A DNA stretch of 59,669 nt from a candidate division WOR-3 bacterium (GTDB lineage: Bacteria > Hydrothermota > Tepidihabitantia > Tepidihabitantales > Tepidihabitantaceae): NCBI GenBank assembly GCA_965649205.1, contig CBFGJV010000017.1:1-59669 (forward strand), in the 5' to 3' direction. Positions 29,085-39,310 of this stretch are shown here, piece by piece; positions within the stretch are counted from its first letter, which is position 1, and each line of letters begins with the position of its first letter. Below the pieces are notes generated by a model that had not been told where the DNA came from, searched no databases, and saw only the letters and a list, made by a program, of their open reading frames with translations. The translations under genes were made by a program, and so were the position numbers.

Positions 29085-29639
29085 GTGAGAATCTCCGCAT
29101 CCCTACGCCATCTCCAGCATGCGTGGGTTTCTCTGCGACGATTCCATCAGTTTCGTCACCTTATGTCGCCATTCCTAGTTTCTTTTCTGCCTCTCTTCTT
29201 ATCCTGCTGTGGTTACTCGCTCCGTTCGCTTGTGCCTCCGCATCTGCGCACCATCGCCATCCCCCCCTGCCGGAACTCCACCATGCAACCTGGGCTGGAT
29301 GACCAGCTTACCGATTTCGTTACCGCCGCCTTCAATCGCGACCGTTCGCTACGCGTAAGTACCCCAGAGAAAGCTGACTTGGTATTGACCATCACTATAA
29401 TATCTTACTCACGCGTCGCCTCAGTATACGACGAACAACAGAACATATCTGCGTACGATCTAACGGCTTCCGCCCAGATAGAAGCACACGATCAGGTACG
29501 AGACGAAGTCTATTTCTCTGGCACAGTCACAGAAAAAACGGCCTATAATCCGGCAACAGAAACGGAAGAAACCGCAGCCTCGCGCCTATTACAGAGGCTC
29601 GCGGCAGAGATTGTCCGCCGTATCCTAACTGCCTGGTAG
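29085..29639 (+). CDS. LptE-family lipoprotein
   Basis: Lipobox-like LFLSCCGYSLR, then LRTIAIPPCRNST..PGL, ADLVL, and C-terminal helix LAAEIVRRILTAW. Start uncertain (29085 or a later ATG). Confidence 0.7.
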   Translation: MRISASLRHLQHAWVSLRRFHQFRHLMSPFLVSFLPLFLSCCGYSLRSLVPPHLRTIAIPPCRNSTMQPGLDDQLTDFVTAAFNRDRSLRVSTPEKADLVLTITIISYSRVASVYDEQQNISAYDLTASAQIEAHDQVRDEVYFSGTVTEKTAYNPATETEETAASRLLQRLAAEIVRRILTAW

Positions 29640-29656
29640 TCAAACCTGCCCTCCCC

Positions 29657-31021
29657 ATGAAGCGAGACAGCAAATCGGTGGAGTTAACTGTTGAACGCAT
29701 CGTTGCTGGTGGAAACGGTCTGGCTCAGCTGGACGGACTTAAAGTCTTCGTACCCTTCGCCGCTCCCCAGGAACGACTGCGCGGCAAATTCATACTACGC
29801 AAGAAAGACTATGCGGTAGCGAAAATCGAGGAAATTATTGAACCATCGCCCTTGCGGGTTCAACCTGCCTGTCCTTTATACGGACGATGCGGTGGCTGTC
29901 AACTGCAGCACCTGAGCTACGATGGACAGTTAATCGTCAAGAAATCCATAGTGAATGATGCCCTACAACGACTCGGTGCCATATTCCTGCCGGTACGCAG
30001 TATATCTCCTCTTGCCATGCCTTGGCACTACCGCAATAAGACCCAGTATCCAGTTCAAGCAGAAACAGCCGAGGGTAGAATGCCCGAATCTATCGGCCTC
30101 AGAATTGGCTTTTTCCGTCGCGAATCACACAACCTGCTTGATGTTCCTTCCTGCCTTTTGCATCCTCAACGTTTCGACCAGCTGCGGATGGTGGCGCTTG
30201 ACACATTCGCGGCTGCGGCCGAAACCGGATATGACGAAAAATACCACAGAGGCAACATTAGACACCTCATCCTACGAAGCAGCACTCCTACAGCCGAGCA
30301 GGTGCTGGTCATAATCGTAACCAGAACCAAATCACTCTCTTCCTTAGTCGTGGAAAGACTAGCTGCTCAAGCTGGAGTCACCGGCGTAGTACAAGTCATA
30401 AACCCCAACCGCACTAACCGCATACTAGGTGACAAACTGATTACGCACACTGGCACATCATTCCTAATACACAGAGTCTTGGGCAAGTCTTTTCGTGTCT
30501 CCGCCCCCTCTTTTTTCCAGGTAAACAGCTGGCAGATAGAAAATCTGTGCCGTAAAGTACTCAAGCATGCCGCCCCTGAGGGAAACGAAACTGTCCTTGA
30601 CCTCTATTCTGGCGTTGGCATGCTCTCCCTTGTGCTCGCCGAGTTCACAGAACAAGTCACCGGCATAGAAATCGAAGGTTCGGCCGTGGAGGATGCTCGC
30701 CATAATGCCGAGCTGAACGTTGTCAGAAACGTTCGCTTCTTGGTTGGCAATGTAGATGATGTGATTACTACTATCGAACAAGCCGACCTAGTTGTCCTGG
30801 ACCCCCCGCGTAAAGGATCCACTCCGGAAACAATAACCCGCATTGCTGCTTTAAAGCCGAAGAGAATCGTGTATGTATCTTGTAATCCGGCTACACTAGC
30901 CCGAGACCTCGCCTTACTGGAAAAGCTGGACTACGAAGTCACAGATGTCGAACCGTTAGATATGTTCCCCCAGACTTGCCATATTGAAACAATCGCCCGA
31001 GTGGAAAGAAAAACCAAATGA
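29657..31021 (+). CDS. rlmD: 23S rRNA m5U1939 methyltransferase
   Basis: TRAM domain, CPLYGRCGGCQLQH Fe-S motif, SFFQVN, LDLYSGVG, LDPPRKG, YVSCNPATLARD, DMFPQT.HIE. Confidence 0.93.
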   Translation: MKRDSKSVELTVERIVAGGNGLAQLDGLKVFVPFAAPQERLRGKFILRKKDYAVAKIEEIIEPSPLRVQPACPLYGRCGGCQLQHLSYDGQLIVKKSIVNDALQRLGAIFLPVRSISPLAMPWHYRNKTQYPVQAETAEGRMPESIGLRIGFFRRESHNLLDVPSCLLHPQRFDQLRMVALDTFAAAAETGYDEKYHRGNIRHLILRSSTPTAEQVLVIIVTRTKSLSSLVVERLAAQAGVTGVVQVINPNRTNRILGDKLITHTGTSFLIHRVLGKSFRVSAPSFFQVNSWQIENLCRKVLKHAAPEGNETVLDLYSGVGMLSLVLAEFTEQVTGIEIEGSAVEDARHNAELNVVRNVRFLVGNVDDVITTIEQADLVVLDPPRKGSTPETITRIAALKPKRIVYVSCNPATLARDLALLEKLDYEVTDVEPLDMFPQTCHIETIARVERKTK

Positions 31022-32532
31022 CAGAAATCTTGGGAAATATCATAACTTCGCCCCACGCCAAACCTTTCTACGGCCGTATTGTTGTAGAAAAAGGTAAAAT
31101 TTCTGCTGTCCAGCCTCTGACTGGACCCCATCTGCTTGCTTCAAGTTGTTACATTTGTCCAGGCTTTATTGATGCCCACACTCACCCTCTTGAACTGGGG
31201 TTGCAGCAACTATTCGTCAATCTGTCAGAATGCCTATCGGTAGACGAAGTTCTCGAACGGATACGAAATTATCTCCACCTCAGGTCTGACGCTGAGGCAA
31301 TTTTGGGTTTTAATCTGGAACCAGAACAACTGGCCGACAAACGTTACCCCTCGTTGTCCGAACTAGACCTGGTTTCCCCAGAAGTACCTGTCTTGCTCTA
31401 CCGCACTGACGGTCACTCGGCCGTGATCAACTCCCCCGGACTGAGGCTGGCGTTCAAGAACACAGACCCGACCGGTCTGGGGAAGAATGCATCCGGACAA
31501 CCTTCCGGTGTACTTCGGGGTGCGGCATACGAACACGCCTCCCGGGTATTCAAAGCCAGGCTGGAACCCGCCACCATCATGCAGGCGCTAGATATGGCTG
31601 GCCAGGCGGCCGTCAGAGCTGGCGTTACTACCCTTGCCGCCATGATAGGCAGTGACCAACTGGCTTCGGCTGACTGGCTGTTCCTTATGCGCTGTCTGGC
31701 AAACCTGCCCGTGCGTGCTATTCCTTTCCTTCAGACGCAGAAACCCGAATTGGCAAAAAGATTTCGCCTCCCGCGTATAGGTGGTTGTCTGCTCATTGAC
31801 GGCTCATTTGGTTCCCATACCGCCGCACTTACTGAACCTTACTCCGACTTTCCTGAAAACTACGGGGTGTGCTATTTTCAGGACAAAGAACTCCTTGCCT
31901 TGCTGAAAAAGGCAGACTCTTTAGGCCTCCAGACTGCTTTTCATGCTATTGGCGACCGCGCCATAGAACAACTGGCCTGCGCCCACGAAACAGCGCCCAC
32001 GAATTGCATTCTCCGCCATCGCATAGAACACGCCGAGCTGCTACCTGCTTCGTCCTCCTTGATCGATAGGATTGCCGCACTAGGTTTGGTTTTGTGCGTA
32101 CAACCTTCTTTCGAAGCCCGCTGGGGTGGACCGAACCGGCTTTACGCAAAAAGACTGGGCGAACGCTGGAAAGATACTAATCCCTATCGCACCTTACTTG
32201 CTGCCGGCGTTGTGCTGGCCGGCGGATCTGACGCTCCCGTAACTCCCATTGACCCCGTGGCCGGAATACGGGCGGCGATCAACCACCCTAATCCAGAGCA
32301 GCGACTACCTGCAACCGACGCTCTGGCTCTTTTCACAAGCGGTGCGGCTTTCTCCCTAAGTCTTGAATCCCTAGTCGGTCGCATAGAACCCGGCATGGAA
32401 GCAGACCTGACAGTTCTAGACTCCGATCCCCGTAATCCTCACAGTTGTCAGGTGCTTGCCACTTATCGAGCCGGTAGACTGATATTTTCTGCCACACCGT
32501 ACGCCGAAAGGAAGTGTTATGTTGGCGAATAA
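31018..32532 (+). CDS. Amidohydrolase (YtcJ-like, Amidohydro_3)
   Basis: PGFIDAHTH, DGHSAVINS, DGSFGSHTAAL, HAIGDRA, HRIEHA, GGSDAPV. Confidence 0.9.
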   Translation: MTEILGNIITSPHAKPFYGRIVVEKGKISAVQPLTGPHLLASSCYICPGFIDAHTHPLELGLQQLFVNLSECLSVDEVLERIRNYLHLRSDAEAILGFNLEPEQLADKRYPSLSELDLVSPEVPVLLYRTDGHSAVINSPGLRLAFKNTDPTGLGKNASGQPSGVLRGAAYEHASRVFKARLEPATIMQALDMAGQAAVRAGVTTLAAMIGSDQLASADWLFLMRCLANLPVRAIPFLQTQKPELAKRFRLPRIGGCLLIDGSFGSHTAALTEPYSDFPENYGVCYFQDKELLALLKKADSLGLQTAFHAIGDRAIEQLACAHETAPTNCILRHRIEHAELLPASSSLIDRIAALGLVLCVQPSFEARWGGPNRLYAKRLGERWKDTNPYRTLLAAGVVLAGGSDAPVTPIDPVAGIRAAINHPNPEQRLPATDALALFTSGAAFSLSLESLVGRIEPGMEADLTVLDSDPRNPHSCQVLATYRAGRLIFSATPYAERKCYVGE

Positions 32533-34240
32533 CCAACATCTGGCCGAAATATTCCAGACTATTGCCGACGCTATGGAACTGAAGGGAGAAACCGGATTCC
32601 GCGTTTTAGCCTACCGTAGAGCAGCCAGGGAACTGCAGAATCTGGCCGAAGACGTAGCCGAACTAGACCGTACCGGCAGACTTAAAACTATCCCGGGCAT
32701 TGGCGAAGGCATTGCCCAGAAAATACACGAATTTCTCACCACCGGCAGGATGAAAAAACTGGAGGAAGTCACCAGTGGCATTTCTCCCGAACTACTGGAC
32801 CTGCTGCAAATTCAGGGGCTAGGGCCCAAAACCTTGAAACTGCTCCATGAAAAGCTAGGGGTAAATGACCGCGCCAGTTTGAAAGAAGTACTGAAAAATG
32901 GTAAAGCAGCTCAGCTGCCGGGCTTCGGTGAGAAAAAAGTTCTCAACCTGCTTCGTTCGCTCCGTCTGGCCGATATGGCAGGCGAACGCATGTTCCTGAA
33001 CGAAGCCATGGAACTGGCAGACCAAGTTGTTTTCCACCTGTTACCCGTGGCAGACAAAGTCACGCCCGCCGGCTCGTTGCGACGCGGTAAAGAAACAATC
33101 GGTGATATAGATATTCTGGTTACAGGCAAAGACGCGCAGACTATTGTCGCTAGATTTGTCTCGCACCCGGCAGTAAAACAGGTATCAGGCCAAGGTCCTA
33201 CGAAAGCCACTTGTCTATTCCAAACTCGCTCGGGTCTGCGTCAGGTCGACCTGCGAGTAGTCAGCCCAGAATGCTGGGGAGCCGCCCTCCAATATTTCAC
33301 CGGCTCCAAGGAACACAATGTGGCGCTACGTACGCTAGCACGGAAACTGGATTTGAAGCTCTCAGAATATGGAGTATTTAAGAACAATAAAAGCATAGCC
33401 GGGCGTACCGAAGAAGAAGTGTATGCCGCCTGCGGACTCCCTTATATCGAGCCAGAATTGCGCGAAAACCGTGGTGAACTGGAAGCAGCCCGGCAAAAAA
33501 CTCTGCCCAGGCTCATTACCCTCGCCGACCTCAAATCCGACTTGCATATGCACACCAATGCGTCCGACGGTTCAGCCGAGCCAGAACAAATGGCTGCAGC
33601 CTGTTTGCAGCGGGGCTACACGCACATCGCTCTTACTGAACACTCTGCCTCAGTAACTTACGCAGGTGGTATATCGGAAGATGAATTACTCCGTCGCTGT
33701 GACTGGATAGACAGATTCAACGAAAAGAACAAACCTTACATCTTAAAAGCCAGCGAAGTAGATATCGGTCTTGATGGCAGACTGGACTATAGCGACAAAA
33801 CCCTCGCCCGACTGGACTTGGTCATTGCTTCCATCCACCAAGGATTCACAAAGAATGTCACAGAACGTGTCTGCGCCGCTTTGGAGCACCCTCTCGTACA
33901 CATAATCGCACACCCTTCAGGCCGGATAATTGGAAAGCGAGAGGGCTATGCCATAGACTTGGACCGTGTTATCGCATGTGCGGCCCGTACTGGCAAAATA
34001 CTGGAAATAAATGCTTTTTATGCCCGTCTCGACCTTTCAGATATCTGGGCACGCAAAGCTAGCGAAGCCGGAGTACTCCTAGCCATCAACACGGACGCCC
34101 ACGCACTTGCAGATCTGGATTGGATGAAATACGGTTTGCTCACAGCCCGCCGGGCCTGGCTCACAAAAGCAGACGTTATTAACTGTCTTACCCTTCCCCG
34201 TCTTCTACGCCTCTTGAAATCGATTCGCAAAGCGAGCTGA
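32519..34240 (+). CDS. polX: DNA polymerase X / PHP 3'-5' exonuclease
   Basis: HhH motifs, [35 protein letters not shown] domain DLHMHT, TEHS, IAHP, INTDAH. Confidence 0.95.
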   Translation: MLANNQHLAEIFQTIADAMELKGETGFRVLAYRRAARELQNLAEDVAELDRTGRLKTIPGIGEGIAQKIHEFLTTGRMKKLEEVTSGISPELLDLLQIQGLGPKTLKLLHEKLGVNDRASLKEVLKNGKAAQLPGFGEKKVLNLLRSLRLADMAGERMFLNEAMELADQVVFHLLPVADKVTPAGSLRRGKETIGDIDILVTGKDAQTIVARFVSHPAVKQVSGQGPTKATCLFQTRSGLRQVDLRVVSPECWGAALQYFTGSKEHNVALRTLARKLDLKLSEYGVFKNNKSIAGRTEEEVYAACGLPYIEPELRENRGELEAARQKTLPRLITLADLKSDLHMHTNASDGSAEPEQMAAACLQRGYTHIALTEHSASVTYAGGISEDELLRRCDWIDRFNEKNKPYILKASEVDIGLDGRLDYSDKTLARLDLVIASIHQGFTKNVTERVCAALEHPLVHIIAHPSGRIIGKREGYAIDLDRVIACAARTGKILEINAFYARLDLSDIWARKASEAGVLLAINTDAHALADLDWMKYGLLTARRAWLTKADVINCLTLPRLLRLLKSIRKAS

Positions 34241-34918
34241 TTCGCCCTGCGGGTCGCACACAAACATGCGTACTGTATAAGACTAAGCAAAAAACAATGG
34301 TTGCAGCGCACGTGAACCAGAGCATTCTACTGCCGTCTGCTTGATTTTGATGAGTTGCTGGCGCTGTGGGTATCATCAAAAGATACGCAAGCCCGGGACA
34401 ACGGGCACATTGTATCTTGGCTGCACCTCATGGTTGGCAAATGTTGCTTGTTTCGCAATTGAAAAAACTGCTATTTCCCTTCCATGATCTGACAGTACCG
34501 TAATACTCAGGAGTATTACTTGCAGCACAAGTGCTCCACCTACTAACGTCCGTGATAGCAATAAGATAGGACAAACAGCGTCTTACCCCCTCCCCAGCTC
34601 CCTGGATTGAGCCGAATGAAGTGAGCAAGGTGGATGAAAGACGAGTAGCGGGCAAACCGCCGACAAAAGAGCAGATAGGGCAGTAAGTCTGGGCCGCAGT
34701 GTTTCTTGTGGCCGCGGTCCTTGGCTGTTTCGGCAAAGATAATGGACTTCTCAACGGTCAGGGTGCTAAACTCCTTCTCTAGTATTGTGGCTGCCAGTGG
34801 GTATTCTCCTTTTGGCCAGAACTAAAGAGCGCCCTTGGCAGCCTGCCTCTAACAGGCTTGAATCGTTTCTGACGGGACGGCTTTTTTCAATTGATCATTT
34901 CTGACGAAAATCGCAACG

Positions 34919-34946
34919 TTGACTTTTCTTTAACCCCGAGTATCCT
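34919..34946 (+). promoter_or_regulatory. Promoter for tRNA-Gln
   Basis: TTGACT-N16-TATCCT, 17 nt before the tRNA. Confidence 0.55.
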
Positions 34947-34963
34947 TCATGTTGTTACCGTTC

Positions 34964-35035
34964 TGGGGGATCGTCTAACTGGCAGGACGGCTGGCTCTGG
35001 ACCAGCTAATTGGGGTTCGAATCCCTGTCCCCCAG
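34964..35035 (+). tRNA. tRNA-Gln (anticodon CTG), 3' CCA not encoded
   Basis: Acceptor stem TGGGGGA/TCCCCCA, D-arm GTC-TAACTGGCAG-GAC, anticodon arm GCTGG-CTCTGGA-CCAGC, T-loop GGTTCGAATCC; discriminator G followed by CTT. Confidence 0.95.
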
Positions 35036-35102
35036 CTTTGTAGGCATACCTCTAACATCTAACATCATTTTGGAAGTCTTAGTTTCGTTCATTGCCATAC
35101 AC

Positions 35103-35130
35103 TTGACAGAAACACTGTTTGGAATAGGCT
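35103..35130 (+). promoter_or_regulatory. Sigma70-type promoter of the mre operon, probably leaderless
   Basis: TTGACA-N16-TAGGCT, then 6 nt to an in-frame GTG at 35137. Confidence 0.6.
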
Positions 35131-35136
35131 TTGGCC

Positions 35137-36180
35137 GTGCCATTTCCTGCAATTCTACGCAACATAGCTGAACGTTTCTCCAACGACATAGCCATAGACT
35201 TGGGAACCTCCACAACGCTTGTCTATGTCAAGGGGCGAGGTATAGAACTCCGCGAACCATCCATCGTCGCTATTGACGACACAACCCACGAAGTTGTAGC
35301 AGTCGGTACCGAGGCCAAACGTATGTTAGGTCGCACTCCGACGGGAATAACCGCAGTACGGCCTATGAAGGATGGGGTAATTGCCGATTTTGGCATGGTA
35401 GAAGTAATGCTCAGGACATTCATCGGCATGGTGCAGCGCCGCAAACTGTTCGTCCGCCCCCGCATAATCGTATGCGTACCGTCGGGCATCACTGAAGTGG
35501 AAAAGCGCGCCGTACGTGATTCCGTGGAAGCCACTGGCGCCCGGGAAGTTTATCTCGTGTCTGAACCCATTGCGGCCGCCATTGGAGTAGGACTGCCCGT
35601 AGATGCGCCCACTGGTAATATGATTATAGACATAGGCGGTGGCACAACAGAGATAGCCGTGGTCGCCCTCTCTGGTGTGGTCAACGCCGCCTCCATTCGT
35701 GTGGCGGGTGACGAAATGGACGAAGCAGTAATAAACTACGTCAAGAAGAACTACAACTTAATAATAGGCGAGCAGACAGCAGAGAACGTAAAAATCGCCA
35801 TTGGTTCTGCCTATGCCACTGGGAAGGAAGAAACTATGGAAGTAAAAGGGCGTGACCTTGTTTCAGGAATTCCCAAGACCATCAAAATTACCTCCACTAA
35901 ATTGCGTGAATCATTGGAAGAACCTGTTTCACTCATCGTGGACGCCGTGCGTCTGGCATTAGAAAAAACTCCACCAGAACTTGCGGCCGACATAGTGGAT
36001 AGAGGCATTCATATGTGCGGCGGCGGCTCGCTTCTGCGCGGCTTGGATCTGCTCATAAAAGAAGAAACTAGCCTACCAGTGCACGTTGCAGAAAATGCCC
36101 TCGAAAGCGTAGTCTGTGGGGCTGGCCGTATCCTAGAGAATATCCACCTGAACTCCAAGCTAGTCACCCGCGCTAAATAG
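35137..36180 (+). CDS. mreB: Rod shape-determining actin MreB
   Basis: IAIDLGT, RPMKDGVIADF, VPSGITEVEKRAV, DIGGGTTE, GGGSLLRGLD. Start placed at GTG 35137 from promoter geometry. Confidence 0.96.
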   Translation: MPFPAILRNIAERFSNDIAIDLGTSTTLVYVKGRGIELREPSIVAIDDTTHEVVAVGTEAKRMLGRTPTGITAVRPMKDGVIADFGMVEVMLRTFIGMVQRRKLFVRPRIIVCVPSGITEVEKRAVRDSVEATGAREVYLVSEPIAAAIGVGLPVDAPTGNMIIDIGGGTTEIAVVALSGVVNAASIRVAGDEMDEAVINYVKKNYNLIIGEQTAENVKIAIGSAYATGKEETMEVKGRDLVSGIPKTIKITSTKLRESLEEPVSLIVDAVRLALEKTPPELAADIVDRGIHMCGGGSLLRGLDLLIKEETSLPVHVAENALESVVCGAGRILENIHLNSKLVTRAK

Positions 36181-36246
36181 TCCGCACAGCAACTTCAATC
36201 TCTCTTTGCCTACTGCTATTGGCCAGATGCTGTCTCCGATGTATAC

Positions 36247-37083
36247 TTGCACGTGCCCTACGGCAAAAAAGCTAGCAAATGGCAAAACCATATGGCGCAG
36301 GCCTTGATTTTCCTGGTCGCCGTGTTCTTGTTGCTTCCTCCCCAGAACCGCATCCGTCTCTCTCTACCGCTTGGTACAATATTGCACGCTCCGCTACGCA
36401 GCCTTGTGATCCTACGCAAACACCTTCAGCACCTAGAAGAGGAAAACAACCGTCTGGCGCGCATGTGTGCCGAACTAGCGGCTGAAAACGCCCGCCTTGT
36501 TGGCCGTCCGCAAACAACTTCTCCCTTACCCTCCAGTCGTTACTCGCTTATCTGCTCTCCCATCATCAATCGTGACGTTACTACCATGCGCCGCTGGTTG
36601 GTGGTCAGCCGAGGCCGGCGACATGGAGTTTTCCCTGGTGCACCTGTTCTGGCACTCGAAGGGATCGTCGGCAAAGTAGTAGCTGCCGGCGAACACCAAG
36701 CTCTAGTTCAAACCATTCTGGACCCGGAATCGAAAATTTCCGTGCGTGACATCAGGTCGGGGATAATTGGCTTGTGCCGCGCCTATCGGAATGAACTGTT
36801 GTTCTTAGACTTCATAGATAAGGGTGCTGACGTACAAGTCAACGATACGGTCATAACCGCTGGCACTGGTCAGGTGTTTCCAGCCGGCCTGGCTGTGGGA
36901 ATCGTACAGAAAGCCTCTGACCACCCCGCCGAGCTATTCCGTACAATAATCGTTAAGCCTTTCGCCGACCTATCTCGACTCCAGGAGGTATTCATCTTCC
37001 GCCTAGACCTACCCCCTGAATCCCTTTGGACCGACCCATGGCTTGATAATCTGGCACCGTCAGAAATCAAGGTGGGGGAATGA
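36247..37083 (+). CDS. mreC: Rod shape-determining protein MreC
   Basis: TM, coiled coil, GIVGKV, VITAG.GQVFPAGLAVG, VKPFADLSRLQEV; synteny. The start may be ATG 36292. Confidence 0.88.
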   Translation: MHVPYGKKASKWQNHMAQALIFLVAVFLLLPPQNRIRLSLPLGTILHAPLRSLVILRKHLQHLEEENNRLARMCAELAAENARLVGRPQTTSPLPSSRYSLICSPIINRDVTTMRRWLVVSRGRRHGVFPGAPVLALEGIVGKVVAAGEHQALVQTILDPESKISVRDIRSGIIGLCRAYRNELLFLDFIDKGADVQVNDTVITAGTGQVFPAGLAVGIVQKASDHPAELFRTIIVKPFADLSRLQEVFIFRLDLPPESLWTDPWLDNLAPSEIKVGE

Positions 37084-37526
37084 GAATTTTATCTATCATA
37101 GTTATGCTCTACGTAGTGTGTCTGGTGCAAATCGGCTTTGCCCCTTATTCCCCCGACTTACTTCTTCTACTGCTTTTCGTAGTCTCGCTGCACGAAAATA
37201 GATTGTTATCTACTTTGCTGGGATTCTTTTCCGGCCTGTGCTTAGATTTGTCTTCTCCTGCTTGCCTTGGTTGCGGCACTTTGCTTTATGCCGGCTGTGC
37301 TTACGGTGCCAGTTCCCTCCACTCCCTCATTTATCGCGGACGCTGGCATATGCTAATACTAGCGACCATCGGTCTTACACTGAAGTACGTACTTTTTTTC
37401 TTATGTGGTGCCGGTCTTCCGCCAGTGAGAGCACTACTGATCTCCAGTTGCACTACCCTACTTTTAGCTGTTCCCGCAGACCTACTCTTGTCGCACCTCT
37501 TCTACGCAAAATGGCAAACCGCCTGA
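37080..37526 (+). CDS. mreD: Rod shape-determining protein MreD
   Basis: Hydrophobic, PDLLL, GFFSGLCLD; lies between mreC and mrdA. Confidence 0.8.
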   Translation: MRILSIIVMLYVVCLVQIGFAPYSPDLLLLLLFVVSLHENRLLSTLLGFFSGLCLDLSSPACLGCGTLLYAGCAYGASSLHSLIYRGRWHMLILATIGLTLKYVLFFLCGAGLPPVRALLISSCTTLLLAVPADLLLSHLFYAKWQTA

Positions 37527-39310
37527 AGCATCTACATCTCGTGCTGTTGTCGCTTTTCGGACTACTCATCTTGCGTCTTGCTCAGCTACAACTGGTTCAA
37601 GGGAAACGCTACGCCCGCCTGAGCGAACGCAACCACATCCGTAGAATCGTCTTGCCTGCTCCCCGCGGCCGAATCTATGACTGCCAAGGACGTCTGCTAG
37701 CCGACACCAAACCATCCTTCACAGTCTCTGTGATTCCCACCGAGCTAGGAGACACCAGTCTGCTTATTCTCAGTCGACTTCTGGGGCTCTCTGTTGAAGA
37801 ACTACGCACTCACATAGAACCCTTTCGATTCCTCTCCTCCCCGCTCACCATACGCCGAAATCTCGATCTTAAATCTGTCCTACGAATAGAAGAAAACCAT
37901 TTCCGGCTGTCTGGCGTTCGCATAAGTGTTGATCCCATTCGTAGCTATCCAGAACCGCACACCTTTTGTCACGTGCTCGGACATCTGGGAGAGGTTACAA
38001 CCGCAGACCTGGCTAAGGATAGCACTTACCGCATATTGGACTACATAGGTCGGGATGGGATTGAAGCTCAGTACGAACAGCTGCTGCGTGGAAAAGACGG
38101 ATGTGAATACATCGAAGTAGATGCACGAGGCAGAGAAGTCGGGCTCTTACGAGAAAAGAAACCAATACCACCTGTACCAGGTCACGATCTCAGACTAACC
38201 ATTGACCGCGACCTTCAAATCCGGGCGGCAGAACTTACCCGAAGCTACGAACGCTGCGCTGTCGTAGGATTAGATGTGAAAACTGGTGCCGTTCTGTGTC
38301 TTTTTTCCCGACCCACATATGACCCTGCCATATTCCTCTCACCCATACCCGCCTCCCTTTGGTCTCAGCTTACAACTGGACCGGCCAAACCATTCTTCAA
38401 CCGCGCCGTCAGCGCTGCTTACCCACCTGGAAGCGTTCTTAAACCCATAGTAGCACTGGCAGCGTTAAAACAAGGTATAGTTAATCGCAATACCAGACTC
38501 GTTCCCTGTACGGGGGGGTATAAATACGGGAATCGCGTTTTCAAGTGCTGGTCACAACACGGCAGCTTAGACCTCCTGGGCGCAATTGCCTACTCCTGCA
38601 ATGTGTACTTCTACCAACTGGGTTTAGCTTTGGGTTTGGACAGCTTGGTTTCCTTCTGCCAACGGTTTCCCTTGGGCAGGGCTACCTGTATAGATTTGCC
38701 GTCCGAAAATACCGGTAATATTCCTACTCGCTCCTGGCTCGACTCCCGCTATGGCAAAGGCAAATGGACCTCTGGGGTGGTATTAAACTTCGCTATCGGT
38801 CAAGGAGAAATTCTCGTCACTCCACTTCAACTCGCCCTCACCTATGCCGCGATCGCTGGTGACGGAACGTGGCCGAGGCCATATATAGTCGCAGCGATAG
38901 ATTCGGCAGGCCGCCAGCTAGACAGTGCCCATGTTCAACTGAATCACCCCCCCCTCAACCTACACCAAACCCGCATTGTACGCAATGCCCTAGAGCGCGT
39001 TGTCACCTACGGCACAGCTGCAACCGCCCACTTGGAAGAAATAGCTGTAGCCGGAAAAACTGGAACTGCCCAGAACCCTGGCCCTGATCATGCCTGGTTT
39101 GTAGGGTACGCTCCAGCTGATTCACCCCGCGTGGTTTTTGCCGTTCTCCTGGAAAATGCCGGACACGGAGGGACAGTAGCAGCACCAATAGTTAGCGAAC
39201 TAATTCGCACCTGGATGCAACAACAGAAGCGCTCTACTTACTTCGATGCCGATGCAAGCGTCTCTTCAAATAGATTTAGCCTTGGAGATAAAGATGAAAC
39301 TTCGCCTTGA
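37511..39310 (+). CDS. mrdA: Penicillin-binding protein 2
   Basis: APRGRIYD, YPPGSVLK (SxxK), SCN (SxN), AGKTGTAQ (KTG). Start moved to ATG 37511. Confidence 0.93.
   Translation: MANRLKHLHLVLLSLFGLLILRLAQLQLVQGKRYARLSERNHIRRIVLPAPRGRIYDCQGRLLADTKPSFTVSVIPTELGDTSLLILSRLLGLSVEELRTHIEPFRFLSSPLTIRRNLDLKSVLRIEENHFRLSGVRISVDPIRSYPEPHTFCHVLGHLGEVTTADLAKDSTYRILDYIGRDGIEAQYEQLLRGKDGCEYIEVDARGREVGLLREKKPIPPVPGHDLRLTIDRDLQIRAAELTRSYERCAVVGLDVKTGAVLCLFSRPTYDPAIFLSPIPASLWSQLTTGPAKPFFNRAVSAAYPPGSVLKPIVALAALKQGIVNRNTRLVPCTGGYKYGNRVFKCWSQHGSLDLLGAIAYSCNVYFYQLGLALGLDSLVSFCQRFPLGRATCIDLPSENTGNIPTRSWLDSRYGKGKWTSGVVLNFAIGQGEILVTPLQLALTYAAIAGDGTWPRPYIVAAIDSAGRQLDSAHVQLNHPPLNLHQTRIVRNALERVVTYGTAATAHLEEIAVAGKTGTAQNPGPDHAWFVGYAPADSPRVVFAVLLENAGHGGTVAAPIVSELIRTWMQQQKRSTYFDADASVSSNRFSLGDKDETSP

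Noticed and set aside
32519..34240. polX as a defence or mobile-element marker
   Set aside because: Canonical PolX-PHP with intact DxD, overlapping housekeeping genes.
34640..34720. c-di-GMP-I riboswitch suggested by GGGCAAACC
   Set aside because: The GNRA loop, receptor and second stem are not present, and no gene follows closely.
34950..35130. tRNA-Gln as the attachment site of an integrated island
   Set aside because: No duplicated tRNA 3' end or integrase seen; mreB follows immediately.
37238..37510. N-terminal extension of mrdA in the ORF track
   Set aside because: Overlaps mreD in another frame; the PBP2 TM anchor begins at ATG 37511.
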